Source: an uncultured virus (IMG/VR IMGVR_UViG_3300020219_000001) (Duplodnaviria; Heunggongvirae; Uroviricota; Caudoviricetes). From it: 64,000 nt of DNA. The stretch lies in the IMG/VR virus record IMGVR_UViG_3300020219_000001; one strand, given 5' to 3'. A program made the translations under genes and the position numbers. Of the stretch, positions 17,876-27,167 are shown piece by piece (within the stretch, counting starts at the first letter, position 1; each line of letters starts with the position of its first letter). The notes under the pieces are model-generated. The model was not told the origin of the DNA, made no database searches, and saw nothing but the letters and a program-made list of their open reading frames with translations.

Positions 17876-18013
17876 TTAGTCCTCCGTGATCCCCTTCTTG
17901 AATTCCGTGATCCCCTTGCCGAGGGATCGCGCGACATCGGGCAGCCGCGAGCCAAATAACAGCAACCCGATGCCGGCAATCACAATGAGTTCAGGAATGC
18001 CGAGACCAAACAT
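17876..18013 (-). CDS. tatA: Twin-arginine translocase TatA/E subunit (45 aa)
   Basis: MFGLGIPELIVIAGIGLLLFGSRLPDVARSLGKGITEFKKGITED: TM helix, FG hinge, LP, LG..I.EFK amphipathic helix; not in the ORF track. Confidence 0.92.
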   Translation of the reverse strand: MFGLGIPELIVIAGIGLLLFGSRLPDVARSLGKGITEFKKGITED

Positions 18014-18420
18014 TACTTGGTCCCCGGTGCGAAGCGGTAACCGCTCGCTCGCAAGTCCTCGATCTTAGCGTCGATGTCCGTGTCCGCGGGAACGATTCCA
18101 CGATCTTTGAACACCTCGAACACCTCCCTCGCCCAGAATTCAGGGACCCCTGTGTGCTCCCGCAGCCGCACGTCGGGTACCACGTCGATCCCACTGGCCT
18201 GGCCGAGCAAATCAACTTCGTAGCCGGCGTCGATGGCCTTGCGGAAGGCGTGCATGATGCCAACTCGTAGTTGGTACTCGCTAACGGCTTCTTTGACTTC
18301 GTGTTGCATGGCTTGTCGTGCCTTCTTGGATGCGTTGCGTTTGGATCGCTTCGTGGCCTTGTGGCACGTGGCGTCGTTGCTCTGCGTGATCGAACGGGCT
18401 TTGATTTCCTTACGTCTCAC
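18013..18420 (-). CDS. Hypothetical protein (start uncertain)
   Basis: Coupled to tatA and the upstream gene. Confidence 0.5.
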   Translation of the reverse strand: MRRKEIKARSITQSNDATCHKATKRSKRNASKKARQAMQHEVKEAVSEYQLRVGIMHAFRKAIDAGYEVDLLGQASGIDVVPDVRLREHTGVPEFWAREVFEVFKDRGIVPADTDIDAKIEDLRASGYRFAPGTK

Positions 18421-18746
18421 CAGTCGTACTCCACTTTCGTCGGCTGAGCGCCCAAGGACTGAAGGAACGGCTCGACCTTCTCCATGAAGCACTTCGGACA
18501 GACGTGGTACTCGGTGCGGTTGAGATCACCGCCCCCGTCGTAGCCGTAGCCCGATGACTTGAATTGGAGGAAGATCGCCGTCCGCGCGGTGTCGTATTCG
18601 TCCTGTCGCCACTCAATTGACCCCTCAGGGTCGAGCGGGCGACGGTACTTGATTTCCAGCTTGCAGATGTCGCACTGGGCGGACTTCTCGCGCAGAACTT
18701 CACGTGCGGGAATTGCTGGTATGATGTGTTTCTCTTGAAGGATCAT
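18417..18746 (-). CDS. Zn-binding protein
   Basis: CDIC...HVCPKC. Confidence 0.7.
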   Translation of the reverse strand: MILQEKHIIPAIPAREVLREKSAQCDICKLEIKYRRPLDPEGSIEWRQDEYDTARTAIFLQFKSSGYGYDGGGDLNRTEYHVCPKCFMEKVEPFLQSLGAQPTKVEYDW

Positions 18747-19009
18747 TACTTCCTCGGCGACGTGTAGTGACAGACGGGGTAGATGCTGCAACCGATGAAC
18801 GGCAACCCCGTCAGCCGGTTGCGCCGCTTCTCCAGCGGACTCTCGCACACCGGGCAGGGTTCGCCCTTCCGTGTGTCACAGTAACCTTCGAGCTTCCGCT
18901 TGTACCGGAAGCTCGTGATCCAGTTCCAACCCTTCGCGAGCAAGAACGCCAGGAAGCCGGCCGCGGCGACTTCGCCGACGCCGCCGCAAAGTCCACAGGC
19001 TAGGATCAT
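18746..19009 (-). CDS. Protein with a topoisomerase-type C4 zinc finger and hydrophobic N-terminus
   Basis: CPVCESPL..R......FIGCSIYPVCHYT. Confidence 0.75.
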   Translation of the reverse strand: MILACGLCGGVGEVAAAGFLAFLLAKGWNWITSFRYKRKLEGYCDTRKGEPCPVCESPLEKRRNRLTGLPFIGCSIYPVCHYTSPRK

Positions 19010-19482
19010 ACTTTCTTCTCCCGTAGATCGGCGAAGATGCCGCAGGCGTACCAGGTCTTGTTCTGAGGGCGATAGACCATCGCGTAGCCGTAGGAGTCGC
19101 ACTTCCCGTTCACGGCTCCCCAGTGACCTGGGGACTGCCGCCAGGAGTTGTACATCTCCTTGGCGGCGTCACCCAAATCTTGGTCGGGCCATGATTCGTT
19201 GGCGACCTCGCGGAATTCGTGAGAATCGGGCATCTGCTTGAAGAGGACAGCGACACGCTGGTCCCACTTCTGATGCCCTTGGACGCCACGCGCGGCCTGG
19301 TATTGAGCGTGGGCTTCCGCGGCAGCCTGAAGGATCGGATTCAACTTCCCTGTTGTCAGGCTGCGGACCTTGAGGCGAATGCCTTCGTCGATAAGAGCTT
19401 GATGCTCTTTCGCTATGGCCGGCTTCTTCTCCGGCTGCGGCTTCTTCTCCGGCTTCTTATCAATGAAATTGTAGTCGGTCAT
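19006..19482 (-). CDS. CAP/SCP domain protein
   Basis: LQAAAEAHAQY..GH, EVANES, SWRQSPGHW, WYACGIFA. Confidence 0.8.
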   Translation of the reverse strand: MTDYNFIDKKPEKKPQPEKKPAIAKEHQALIDEGIRLKVRSLTTGKLNPILQAAAEAHAQYQAARGVQGHQKWDQRVAVLFKQMPDSHEFREVANESWPDQDLGDAAKEMYNSWRQSPGHWGAVNGKCDSYGYAMVYRPQNKTWYACGIFADLREKKV

Positions 19483-19928
19483 TTCGCCTTTCTTTGAAGC
19501 TCCTCCTTCACGAGATCGTAAGTCTCTTGACGGGTCGGCTTCTTCTTGTTTTTCACTTCGAGTTGAAGCGCTTTTTTCCGCATGAGCGACCTTGCCTCGC
19601 TCTTGTGGATGTCGAACTCTTTGGCGAGCATCTCAGGATGCCGCCAGCTTTTCTTCTGGCCGGCCGCCTGAGCCTTCTGGGTATCCGTCTTCTCTTCTTC
19701 GGTGGGCCGGACGGCTCCAAGCGAGACGACCGTCGCCGCGGCAGACTCGACCGAGGGACACTCGATCCGTGCCTTGTCCACCGTGACCGTGATCGGCCCC
19801 TTGGACATTTCCAGGACGTGCTTGGCAGTCGGCTTCTTCAGCACCGAGCAGCTAGCCGCGAATGCGGCAGCGTGCTCCGGCGAGTCACAACCGACCTTGA
19901 TGCCGAAAATCTCGACTTCGATGGACAT
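19479..19928 (-). CDS. Hypothetical protein
   Basis: ATGA-coupled to the CAP gene. Confidence 0.7.
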   Translation of the reverse strand: MSIEVEIFGIKVGCDSPEHAAAFAASCSVLKKPTAKHVLEMSKGPITVTVDKARIECPSVESAAATVVSLGAVRPTEEEKTDTQKAQAAGQKKSWRHPEMLAKEFDIHKSEARSLMRKKALQLEVKNKKKPTRQETYDLVKEELQRKAK

Positions 19929-20022
19929 GAGTAGTTCCTAGGCTGGGGGAGTAAAAGCAACGTACTACCCAAGTGTAGCACGTTGCTTCTAGCTGTCAAC
20001 TTCGGAGTTACTTGCGAACTAA

Positions 20023-20337
20023 CTACTCGTCGTCGTCGTCGTCGTCGTCCTCGTCCTCGTCGTAGTAGTCGTCATCGTCATCGTCGTCATCTTCGTCCCA
20101 GTCGTCATCGTCCCAGTCGTCGTCTAGGTCGTCGTCGAGGTCTTCCTCGTCGTCGTAGAGGTCGTCATCGTCGTCCCAGTCGTCGTCTTCGTCCTCGTCG
20201 TCTTCGTCCTCGTCGTCCTCGTCGTAGAGGTCGTCGTCCTCGAAGTCGTCATCGTCGGCGAGCGCATTCACGGGGGTGAATACGTGGTGGCCGCGGCCGG
20301 TAATGGACGGAATCACGAACGGAGCGGTCACACGCAT
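20023..20337 (-). CDS. Extremely acidic low-complexity protein (start uncertain)
   Basis: About 75 residues nearly all D/E, with interspersed W, Y, L, F. Confidence 0.65.
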   Translation of the reverse strand: MRVTAPFVIPSITGRGHHVFTPVNALADDDDFEDDDLYDEDDEDEDDEDEDDDWDDDDDLYDDEEDLDDDLDDDWDDDDWDEDDDDDDDDYYDEDEDDDDDDDE

Positions 20338-20672
20338 GGAATCAAACCCTCGGAAAGTGGAAAAGCGTTGGGCGCAAGAGCTTCCTGGTCGAAGCGGGAG
20401 ATGTTGAACAGGTCCCCCTCATGGCGGACCACCACGGCTTCAATCACCGGGTCCCGGATCGCCTCCAGCCCGCGATCCACGGCGGGAACGCGGTACAACG
20501 TGGCGTGCGCCCCGGGTTCCAGCACGGCCCACTTCTCGGACCCCTGCCGGCGGTAAAGAATCTTGTACTGCAACATGTGGTTCTCCTTTCGACAGAACAC
20601 TATGACTACACGCGACTTGCGATCGTGTTCAAACAAAACGGATTAACTATTTTGAGGATTTTTCGGATTGCG

Positions 20673-20709
20673 CCGGATAAAAGGGTCGAAACGGGATATG
20701 ATAAGTATG
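20673..20709 (+). promoter_or_regulatory. Second promoter class CCGGRT-N13-CGGGAYATGATAAGTRTG, head of the late operon
   Basis: Three copies with identical spacing (also 58345-58381 minus and 58613-58649). Confidence 0.7.
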
Positions 20710-20740
20710 TAAGTAAGTTGTGACCTGAGAAGCTAGTATC

Positions 20741-21310
20741 ATGGAAGTTGTTACATACCCGGAGGACCCGCGGCGGTGCCGAGCGGCCGACAAGCACGGA
20801 CAGTGCTGGAACGTCGCCCTAACCGGTACCTTCTGCCCTACTCACCGGGTGCCTGGCCAGTTGACGCCGGAAGCCGACCGACGCCGCGTGTATAACTTGA
20901 CCAAGGCTCGCTTCAAGGAGCGGCTGGAAGACAAGATGAGCATGGGGCCTCCGGGCAACCTCGACGAGCTAATCCGTATTACGGAGTTGCTTCACGAGGA
21001 CACGCTTAACGACCCCGCGATCAAGGATCAGGTTGTCATCAACCGAGAGCATCACGCTTTCGTTCAATCCATCACGCGACTAAACAAGGCCGCGAGAGAA
21101 TTGAAAGAGCAGTCGGATGAGCTTCTCGGCCGTCCGGCGATTGTCTTCTACAGCCAGCAAGTCATCCAACTCATCATTGACGAGTTGCAAGGCGTGGACG
21201 GCTGGGAAGCTAAGATCGACCGTATTACTGGAAGAATGCTCGAAACGATCGAGCTTACTACTAATTCCCCAAAGGAGGACTCTCATGGAGTTCCTGACCA
21301 AGCTGGCTAA
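20741..21310 (+). CDS. Putative terminase small subunit
   Basis: First late gene; N-terminal C..C..C..H finger then helical region; positional inference. Confidence 0.5.
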   Translation: MEVVTYPEDPRRCRAADKHGQCWNVALTGTFCPTHRVPGQLTPEADRRRVYNLTKARFKERLEDKMSMGPPGNLDELIRITELLHEDTLNDPAIKDQVVINREHHAFVQSITRLNKAARELKEQSDELLGRPAIVFYSQQVIQLIIDELQGVDGWEAKIDRITGRMLETIELTTNSPKEDSHGVPDQAG

Positions 21311-21485
21311 GTCGAAGACGATGATCGTCAACGTCCTGTTCGTGGCCGCTGGCGTCCTAGGTTACCTTGCTGGTGACCAGGTTATCGCTCAGCACCCGGA
21401 ATGGGCCGCTGCGTTCGTCTCGGCCGCGGGCGTCGTGAACATGCTCTTGCGTGTTGTCACGAAGCTGCCGCTGTCTGAGAAGTAA
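21285..21485 (+). CDS. Putative holin (66 aa, two TM segments)
   Basis: AAGGAGG RBS; KSKT..N...N.LLR..T..P pattern. Confidence 0.7.
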   Translation: MEFLTKLAKSKTMIVNVLFVAAGVLGYLAGDQVIAQHPEWAAAFVSAAGVVNMLLRVVTKLPLSEK

Positions 21486-21873
21486 ACACCCCCGTGGATA
21501 GTATCCACGGACCGACGCCGTAAGGCGTTTCTCAGCGAACCTGTCGGGCCTCTCACGGCTATCTCTCGACAGGTGTTTCATGCCTCTCGGCGGCTTTGTA
21601 GCCGAGGCAAGCGCGGACGATCGCCGCGCGTTTCTGACGGTCACAGGCTGGAAACCTGGTCGAGCTACTCTCGCCTCGTCGCAAAGGCCGTCCAATACAC
21701 AAGGGGTCGTATGTCCGACGCTGAAAATCCGCCCTGTGAGTGCGGCAACGTGATTCGCTACCCGAACCACGAGAGATGCGAGGACTGCTGGGCATTCGAT
21801 CAACATCGTTGGCCAGGACACAGCCAGAGAGTCAAAACAACGTCCTGTCCAGACACATCAACCGAGGGAAGAA

Positions 21874-22581
21874 ATGAACAAGCAAAGTCTCCTAACAGCA
21901 ATCGTCCTCGCAGTCGTCGCCCTGTGCGCAGCGGTGCCCTTCCTCCAAAGAGTCCCTACACCCGCTGTATTCACCGATGGTGATACCGCGAAGGTTGTCC
22001 TGAAAGCACCGGACAAGGTCAAGGTCGGCCAACTGGTGACACTGGACGTTTCGGCGAGCACGGCCAACACGTACTCGTGGAAGGTGATCCCGCCCACTGA
22101 GAACTTCCGAGTGATCGAGGGCGGCAAGGAGGCTGTGTTCAGCAGCCAAACCGGCGGCGATTACGTGTTTGTGATCGCTGTCGCGAAAGACGACACGGTG
22201 GACGTTCATGTCCACACGATCAAAGTCACCGGTGGGCAACCGCAACCAGGCGATGACCTGGTGACGAAAGTTGCCTCCTGGTGTGAGAAAGTCGAATCGC
22301 CGACGAAGCGTGACGACGCCCTGAAGCTCGCACAGAGCTTTTCCAGCGTCTCCGCTGTTATCAGTGAAACGATGACGCCTGCCGACATTGTTGAAGCGAC
22401 AAAGAAGTCGAACCGAGACGCTCTCGGTGACAACGTCGAGCAGTGGGTTCCGTTCTTGGAAGGTCTCCAAGCTGAATTGAAGACCTTGGCGGAAGCCGGA
22501 AAGTTAGAAGACACCGCGGCTCATGCAGCCATGTGGCGATCCATCGCGGATGGCCTCAAGGCATACGCTGAGACCTTGTAA
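21874..22581 (+). CDS. Exported protein with an Ig/PKD-like region and helical C-terminus
   Basis: Signal-like N-terminus; VTLDVSAS..YSW. Confidence 0.75.
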   Translation: MNKQSLLTAIVLAVVALCAAVPFLQRVPTPAVFTDGDTAKVVLKAPDKVKVGQLVTLDVSASTANTYSWKVIPPTENFRVIEGGKEAVFSSQTGGDYVFVIAVAKDDTVDVHVHTIKVTGGQPQPGDDLVTKVASWCEKVESPTKRDDALKLAQSFSSVSAVISETMTPADIVEATKKSNRDALGDNVEQWVPFLEGLQAELKTLAEAGKLEDTAAHAAMWRSIADGLKAYAETL

Positions 22582-22598
22582 GAACGGAACGCCCTACC

Positions 22599-23591
22599 AT
22601 GTCGATTAGCCGCCGTAACCTGTTGCTCGCTGGTGGCGCTGCTTTCCTTAGCAGCGCCATGTTTAGGGAAGCCCTAGCCAAAGGCGATCAACCGATATAC
22701 GGCGGCTGGATTGATGATCCTGCTGCTCGACGCACCTTCATTGAGACGCATGAGAAGCCGCTCCTTCGCAACCACGACACCAACATCTTTGGGTCGAGCG
22801 AAGGTAAGTCGGTTCTCCTGTTGCCGTACTACGAGAAGGTGACGGGTAGAAAGTTCAAGCCGTACTTCCAAGACATCGGCGACTGCTGTGGCCAAGCCGG
22901 CACAACGGCCGCTCAAGTCCTCGCTGCGACTCAGATCGTGAAGACGGGTCGCGAGCAGTGGAAGGGTGAGTTCAGCGTCGAGTACACCTACGCCGCCAGC
23001 CGAGTTGAAGTCGGCGGTGGTAAGATTCGTCGCGGCGACGGTTCGACCGGTTCCTGGACGGCTGAGGCGCTCCACAAGTATGGAGTGCTGCTACGAGGGA
23101 AGTACGGGAAGCTCGACCTGACGAAGTACCGCCCTGACCTGGGTAAGTCCTGGGGCAAGAGTGGTGTGGGTGTTCCCGATGAGCTTGAGAAGATCGCGAA
23201 GCTCCACCCGGTCAAGACGATCAGTAAGGTAGAAAGCTGGGATCAAGCCGCGGACTGCGTAGCGAATGGCTACCCCGTCCTGCTGTGCTCCAGCGTTGGC
23301 TACCGACAGACCACGGATAGCGAAGGGTTCCTTCGCCGTAGTGGTACGTGGAACCACGCTCTGTTCCTCGCCGGCATCGACCGACGCAAGGGCAAACGAG
23401 AAGGTGGACTGATCCCGAACTCGTGGGGTGAGAACTGGGTGTCCGGCCCGGCGCACGAACTGGGCACACCTGCTGGATGCTTCTGGGCCGATGCCAAGAA
23501 CATCAACGCCATGATCGAAGAGGGCGACTGCTACGCCTTTTCCAACTACGTCGGTTACCCGTCGCAGAAGCTCGACTACCGACTCTTCTAA
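22599..23591 (+). CDS. Papain-like (C1) cysteine peptidase with a twin-arginine signal peptide
   Basis: SRRNLL + hydrophobic core + ALA; QDIGDCC (Gln/Cys), NHA (His), PNSWG (Asn). Confidence 0.85.
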   Translation: MSISRRNLLLAGGAAFLSSAMFREALAKGDQPIYGGWIDDPAARRTFIETHEKPLLRNHDTNIFGSSEGKSVLLLPYYEKVTGRKFKPYFQDIGDCCGQAGTTAAQVLAATQIVKTGREQWKGEFSVEYTYAASRVEVGGGKIRRGDGSTGSWTAEALHKYGVLLRGKYGKLDLTKYRPDLGKSWGKSGVGVPDELEKIAKLHPVKTISKVESWDQAADCVANGYPVLLCSSVGYRQTTDSEGFLRRSGTWNHALFLAGIDRRKGKREGGLIPNSWGENWVSGPAHELGTPAGCFWADAKNINAMIEEGDCYAFSNYVGYPSQKLDYRLF

Positions 23592-23701
23592 GGAGATCGT
23601 GATGGTCGCCTTTGCACGAGATCACAACCGAGACGAACTCGTCCGAGATGAGTTCCAACTGCAACGGATGCTGAACAAGCTGAGTCCGGATAAGCGAGAG
23701 A

Positions 23702-24361
23702 ATGATGAACCGTCTGATTCTGTTACTAGTGTTGGGGGTGATGAATGTTCTCCCTGTGGCTGTCGCTCAAGAGGTGGCTCAGAAGCCTGCTAACGAGCAA
23801 GGGACCTACCGACTGGCAAGCGAAGATCAACGAACTGGTGGCAATCGTCAACCGGTGGCTGGACCTTCAAAGCGGGCCAAGCGGTACGTCAGCAAACCCG
23901 AGTTCTACACCATCATCCCCGCCGACCACAGAGCGTCGGCGAAGGATCAGGTGGCTGATTCGTCGAAGACGCAGGATGTAGACGACTGCCCCTGCGGTCC
24001 TGACTGCAAATGTCCCAGTGAGGAGATTTGCAAGAGCGGCGACTGTCAGAAGAACTACATCGTCATGTACTCCGCGAAGTGGTGCTCACAGTGCCCGCGG
24101 ATGAAGCGGACGCTGGCCAAGCTCGAAGAGCAGGGCTACATCGTCTACTACGTGGACACAGACGAAAACCCCGAGAGCGCCGAGACCTACAACGTCACGA
24201 AGCTCCCCACGACCATCATCATGGATAAGGGTGAAGAGGTCACACGGTTCGAGGGCGCGGTGCCCGCGGCCAGCGTCACGGAAGGTGTCAAGAAACGAGA
24301 CGAACAAGACGACGAGCCGGCTCCGGTTGATACCGACACCGACTACGACTTCACTGATTGA
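23702..24361 (+). CDS. Exported thioredoxin-domain protein
   Basis: Sec signal (AVA-Q); Cys-rich linker; AKWCSQC, LPT cis-Pro. Confidence 0.85.
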   Translation: MMNRLILLLVLGVMNVLPVAVAQEVAQKPANEQGTYRLASEDQRTGGNRQPVAGPSKRAKRYVSKPEFYTIIPADHRASAKDQVADSSKTQDVDDCPCGPDCKCPSEEICKSGDCQKNYIVMYSAKWCSQCPRMKRTLAKLEEQGYIVYYVDTDENPESAETYNVTKLPTTIIMDKGEEVTRFEGAVPAASVTEGVKKRDEQDDEPAPVDTDTDYDFTD

Positions 24362-24675
24362 GGTTTGAGATGTTGACCAGTTTCGCAGAAGCCATTGAGA
24401 TCGTTCGTTTGCAGCTTAACGACGACGGTAAGATCGCCAAGAGTGACGACGAAGCTGTCCGCCGGGTCCTAAAGAACCCGATGCTGCAACTGCCGAGCGG
24501 CGAACGAGTCCTGGCACTCCCGCGAATCCACTATCGGGTTCGCCGGCTGTACGCCCGCCTTGAGAAGGCCATTCTGCCTCTCACCTTTGACTGGACCACG
24601 CTCGTCGAATGGATCAAAGAGCACTGGGATGAAATCCTCCGATTCATCCTGATGGTCCTTCCATTCATCATCTAG
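24358..24675 (+). CDS. Hypothetical protein with a hydrophobic C-terminus
   Basis: FDWTTLVEWIKEHWDEILRFILMVLPFII. Confidence 0.7.
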   Translation: MRFEMLTSFAEAIEIVRLQLNDDGKIAKSDDEAVRRVLKNPMLQLPSGERVLALPRIHYRVRRLYARLEKAILPLTFDWTTLVEWIKEHWDEILRFILMVLPFII

Positions 24676-24677
24676 CG

Positions 24678-24998
24678 ATGCGTCGTCGCAAACGGTGCCG
24701 AGGCTGCACTGATGACAAGCCTCCCACGCCGACGCCCGTCAAGGACGCGACCGTCAAGGTCTACAACAAATACTCCGGCCGCAAGCTCGATGAAGCACTC
24801 CTCACCCGTAGTGGAGAGTCCGCCGCACTGTGGAACCACATCCTGTTTGGGACTGGTACGTGCGTCGGGATGATCGAAGGCTACACACGGCTCGGACTCC
24901 CCGGCAACCCGGCCCCTCAGCTTCGCGACTTGATTGCGAGGTTGGAAGGGGTCGCTGCGTTATACGAAAGCAAACATGAAGATTCAGTTTCCCCATAG
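24678..24998 (+). CDS. Hypothetical protein
   Basis: In operon. Confidence 0.6.
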   Translation: MRRRKRCRGCTDDKPPTPTPVKDATVKVYNKYSGRKLDEALLTRSGESAALWNHILFGTGTCVGMIEGYTRLGLPGNPAPQLRDLIARLEGVAALYESKHEDSVSP

Positions 24999-25350
24999 TC
25001 AGTGGCCCATCACCCGCCTCGTAATCACCGGCCCCGGTGTTGAACTCAAAGCGAATGCTGAACACAGCGTCCCGAGCTTCGAGTTCGATCTGCCGGGAGG
25101 TGTCGATGAGAGCGAACTCAGCATCGTTGCCCAGCACATCAGTTCTGGCGGCCAAGTTGTCGGCGAGTCGCTGGTACAGGTGGCCGTCGAGAAGAAGATC
25201 GAAGACGCCCTCGAACAGGTCCCGGCCGACGTGGACATGGACGCTGTCGTCGAGCACCTGGAATCGGGTGAAACGATCGAGTTGACCAGCAACGACGAAG
25301 ACGAACTCGACGAAGACTTCGACGACGAAGACCTCGAAGACGCCGAGTAA
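24976..25350 (+). CDS. Hypothetical protein with an acidic tail
   Basis: MKIQFPHSQW start within ORF 24934..25350. Confidence 0.65.
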   Translation: MKIQFPHSQWPITRLVITGPGVELKANAEHSVPSFEFDLPGGVDESELSIVAQHISSGGQVVGESLVQVAVEKKIEDALEQVPADVDMDAVVEHLESGETIELTSNDEDELDEDFDDEDLEDAE

Positions 25351-25479
25351 CAAGTCAAGAGACCACCCGGGGAGAACGCCTACGCCAACTCTTTGAGCCA
25401 CCCTAAGCGAACCCGGCCTGCTGGTCTCTCCTACAACGCCCACTCAGCGGCTTCATAGCTGAGGGTAAGAGAGCGCCGA

Positions 25480-27150
25480 ATGAACCCGCTAGCAAAGGAG
25501 ATGCAACGGTCTATCGCCGAAGGCTTGATGGGTCGAACGCTCGCAGGTAGTTGCTCCCGCTGGGCGACCAAGCGGCGCGTGATGGGTGGTGACTTTCCCG
25601 GACCTTACTCCTGGAAGTACCACCCGTGGTGCAAAGAGCTTCACGACACGCAAGCGCCTGAAAACTACGCGATGAAGGGTGCCCAGCTTGGCGTCACGGA
25701 AGTGGCGATCAACCGGGCCTTCTACACGATCGACCAGTTGAAGAGGGATGTGCTCTACGTCCTCCCGACCGCTCAAACAGCGTCGGACTTCTCGAAGGGT
25801 CGATTCACCGTTGCGTTGAAGCACAGCGAATACTTGGCCAGTATCTTCACGGACACCAACACGGTGAACATGAAGCAGGCCGGTACCTGCAACTTGTACA
25901 TCCGCGGCTCACGAGGTGAAAGTAACCTCGTGTCGTTGCCGATCTCCGAGTTGATCCTGGACGAATTGGACAGGATGGCTCAGAAGGAGATCGCGGAAGC
26001 GAAGGAGCGCGTCACCGGTCAGAAGAAGCATCACATCTGGGGGTTATCGACGCCAACGATTCCGAACTACGGAATCCACAAGCTCTATAACCAAGGTACG
26101 CAGGAGCACTACACGTTTAAGTGCCCGCACTGCTCGCGTCACACCGAGCTTATCTACCCGGAATGCTTAGAGATCGTCGGCGACTCGGTACATGACATCA
26201 GGTGCAAAGAGTCCTTCCTAAAGTGTAAGGAATGCAAGCATCGCCTGGAGCACGAGCTAAAGCCTGACTGGCTAGCTGACGGTTCTTGGCACAGCATGGC
26301 CCCGAACGCAAACCCGGACAAACGAACCTTTCATATCAGCCAGATGTACTCCTTCACGGTGACACCTGGCGACCTCGCGGTTGCTTACTTCGCCGGCCTC
26401 GGCGACGAAGCGATGGCGAAAGAGTTCCACAACTCAAAGCTCGGCCTCCCGTTCATCGGTGAAGGTGCCCAAGTCACTGACGACCTGATCGAACAGGCCA
26501 TCGGTCGCTACACGATGAATGACGAACGTCCACGAATTGGTGGCGAGCGACTCATCACGATGGGTATCGACCAAGGACAGATCGTCTCGCACTGGGTTGT
26601 CTGTGAGTGGTTCGTTGACCAGATGTCCTCGGACATCAACATCGCCGCGAAGTGCAAGGTTCTTGCACACGGCAAATTCATGGGTGAGGACTGGCACGTT
26701 GCCGAGGACCTCATGGCTGAATGGCAGGTCTTAGCGTGTGTTGTTGACGCTGATCCTCAGATCGCTGAGGCACGTCGCTTCGCTAAGAAGTTCCCACGCT
26801 ACGTCACACTGTGCCGCTACCGCAGAGGCAAAGTCGCTCGCGAGATTTCCATCGCGGACGACGAGTCCGGCGTGGAGATGGCGACAGTAGACCGAACCAA
26901 CTGGCTAACCACATCGCTCGGACGGTTCCGCAACAAGCGGATCATGCTTCCCGCGGACGTGTCGGTTGAGTATCGGGAAATGATGAAGGCCCTAGTTCGC
27001 ACCTACGTCAAAGACGAGGACGGGAACTACATGGCCACGTTTGTTGAAACCGCACCTGACCACTACGCACACGCCTTCAACTATGCCGAGATCGCCCTGC
27101 CGTTGGCAGCTTCGATCACGACAGGGAAGGACGTTAGTAAGTTCTTGTAA
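25480..27150 (+). CDS. terL: Terminase large subunit (lambda GpA-like)
   Basis: MKGAQLGVTE Walker A, LILDELD Walker B, STPT, CPHC, MGIDQG nuclease, PDHYAHA. Confidence 0.93.
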   Translation: MNPLAKEMQRSIAEGLMGRTLAGSCSRWATKRRVMGGDFPGPYSWKYHPWCKELHDTQAPENYAMKGAQLGVTEVAINRAFYTIDQLKRDVLYVLPTAQTASDFSKGRFTVALKHSEYLASIFTDTNTVNMKQAGTCNLYIRGSRGESNLVSLPISELILDELDRMAQKEIAEAKERVTGQKKHHIWGLSTPTIPNYGIHKLYNQGTQEHYTFKCPHCSRHTELIYPECLEIVGDSVHDIRCKESFLKCKECKHRLEHELKPDWLADGSWHSMAPNANPDKRTFHISQMYSFTVTPGDLAVAYFAGLGDEAMAKEFHNSKLGLPFIGEGAQVTDDLIEQAIGRYTMNDERPRIGGERLITMGIDQGQIVSHWVVCEWFVDQMSSDINIAAKCKVLAHGKFMGEDWHVAEDLMAEWQVLACVVDADPQIAEARRFAKKFPRYVTLCRYRRGKVAREISIADDESGVEMATVDRTNWLTTSLGRFRNKRIMLPADVSVEYREMMKALVRTYVKDEDGNYMATFVETAPDHYAHAFNYAEIALPLAASITTGKDVSKFL

Positions 27151-27167
27151 CGAATGGAGAGGGAGAT

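Noticed and set aside
19983..20279. Arg-rich plus-strand ORF
   Set aside because: Reverse-strand reading of the Asp/Glu codon tract
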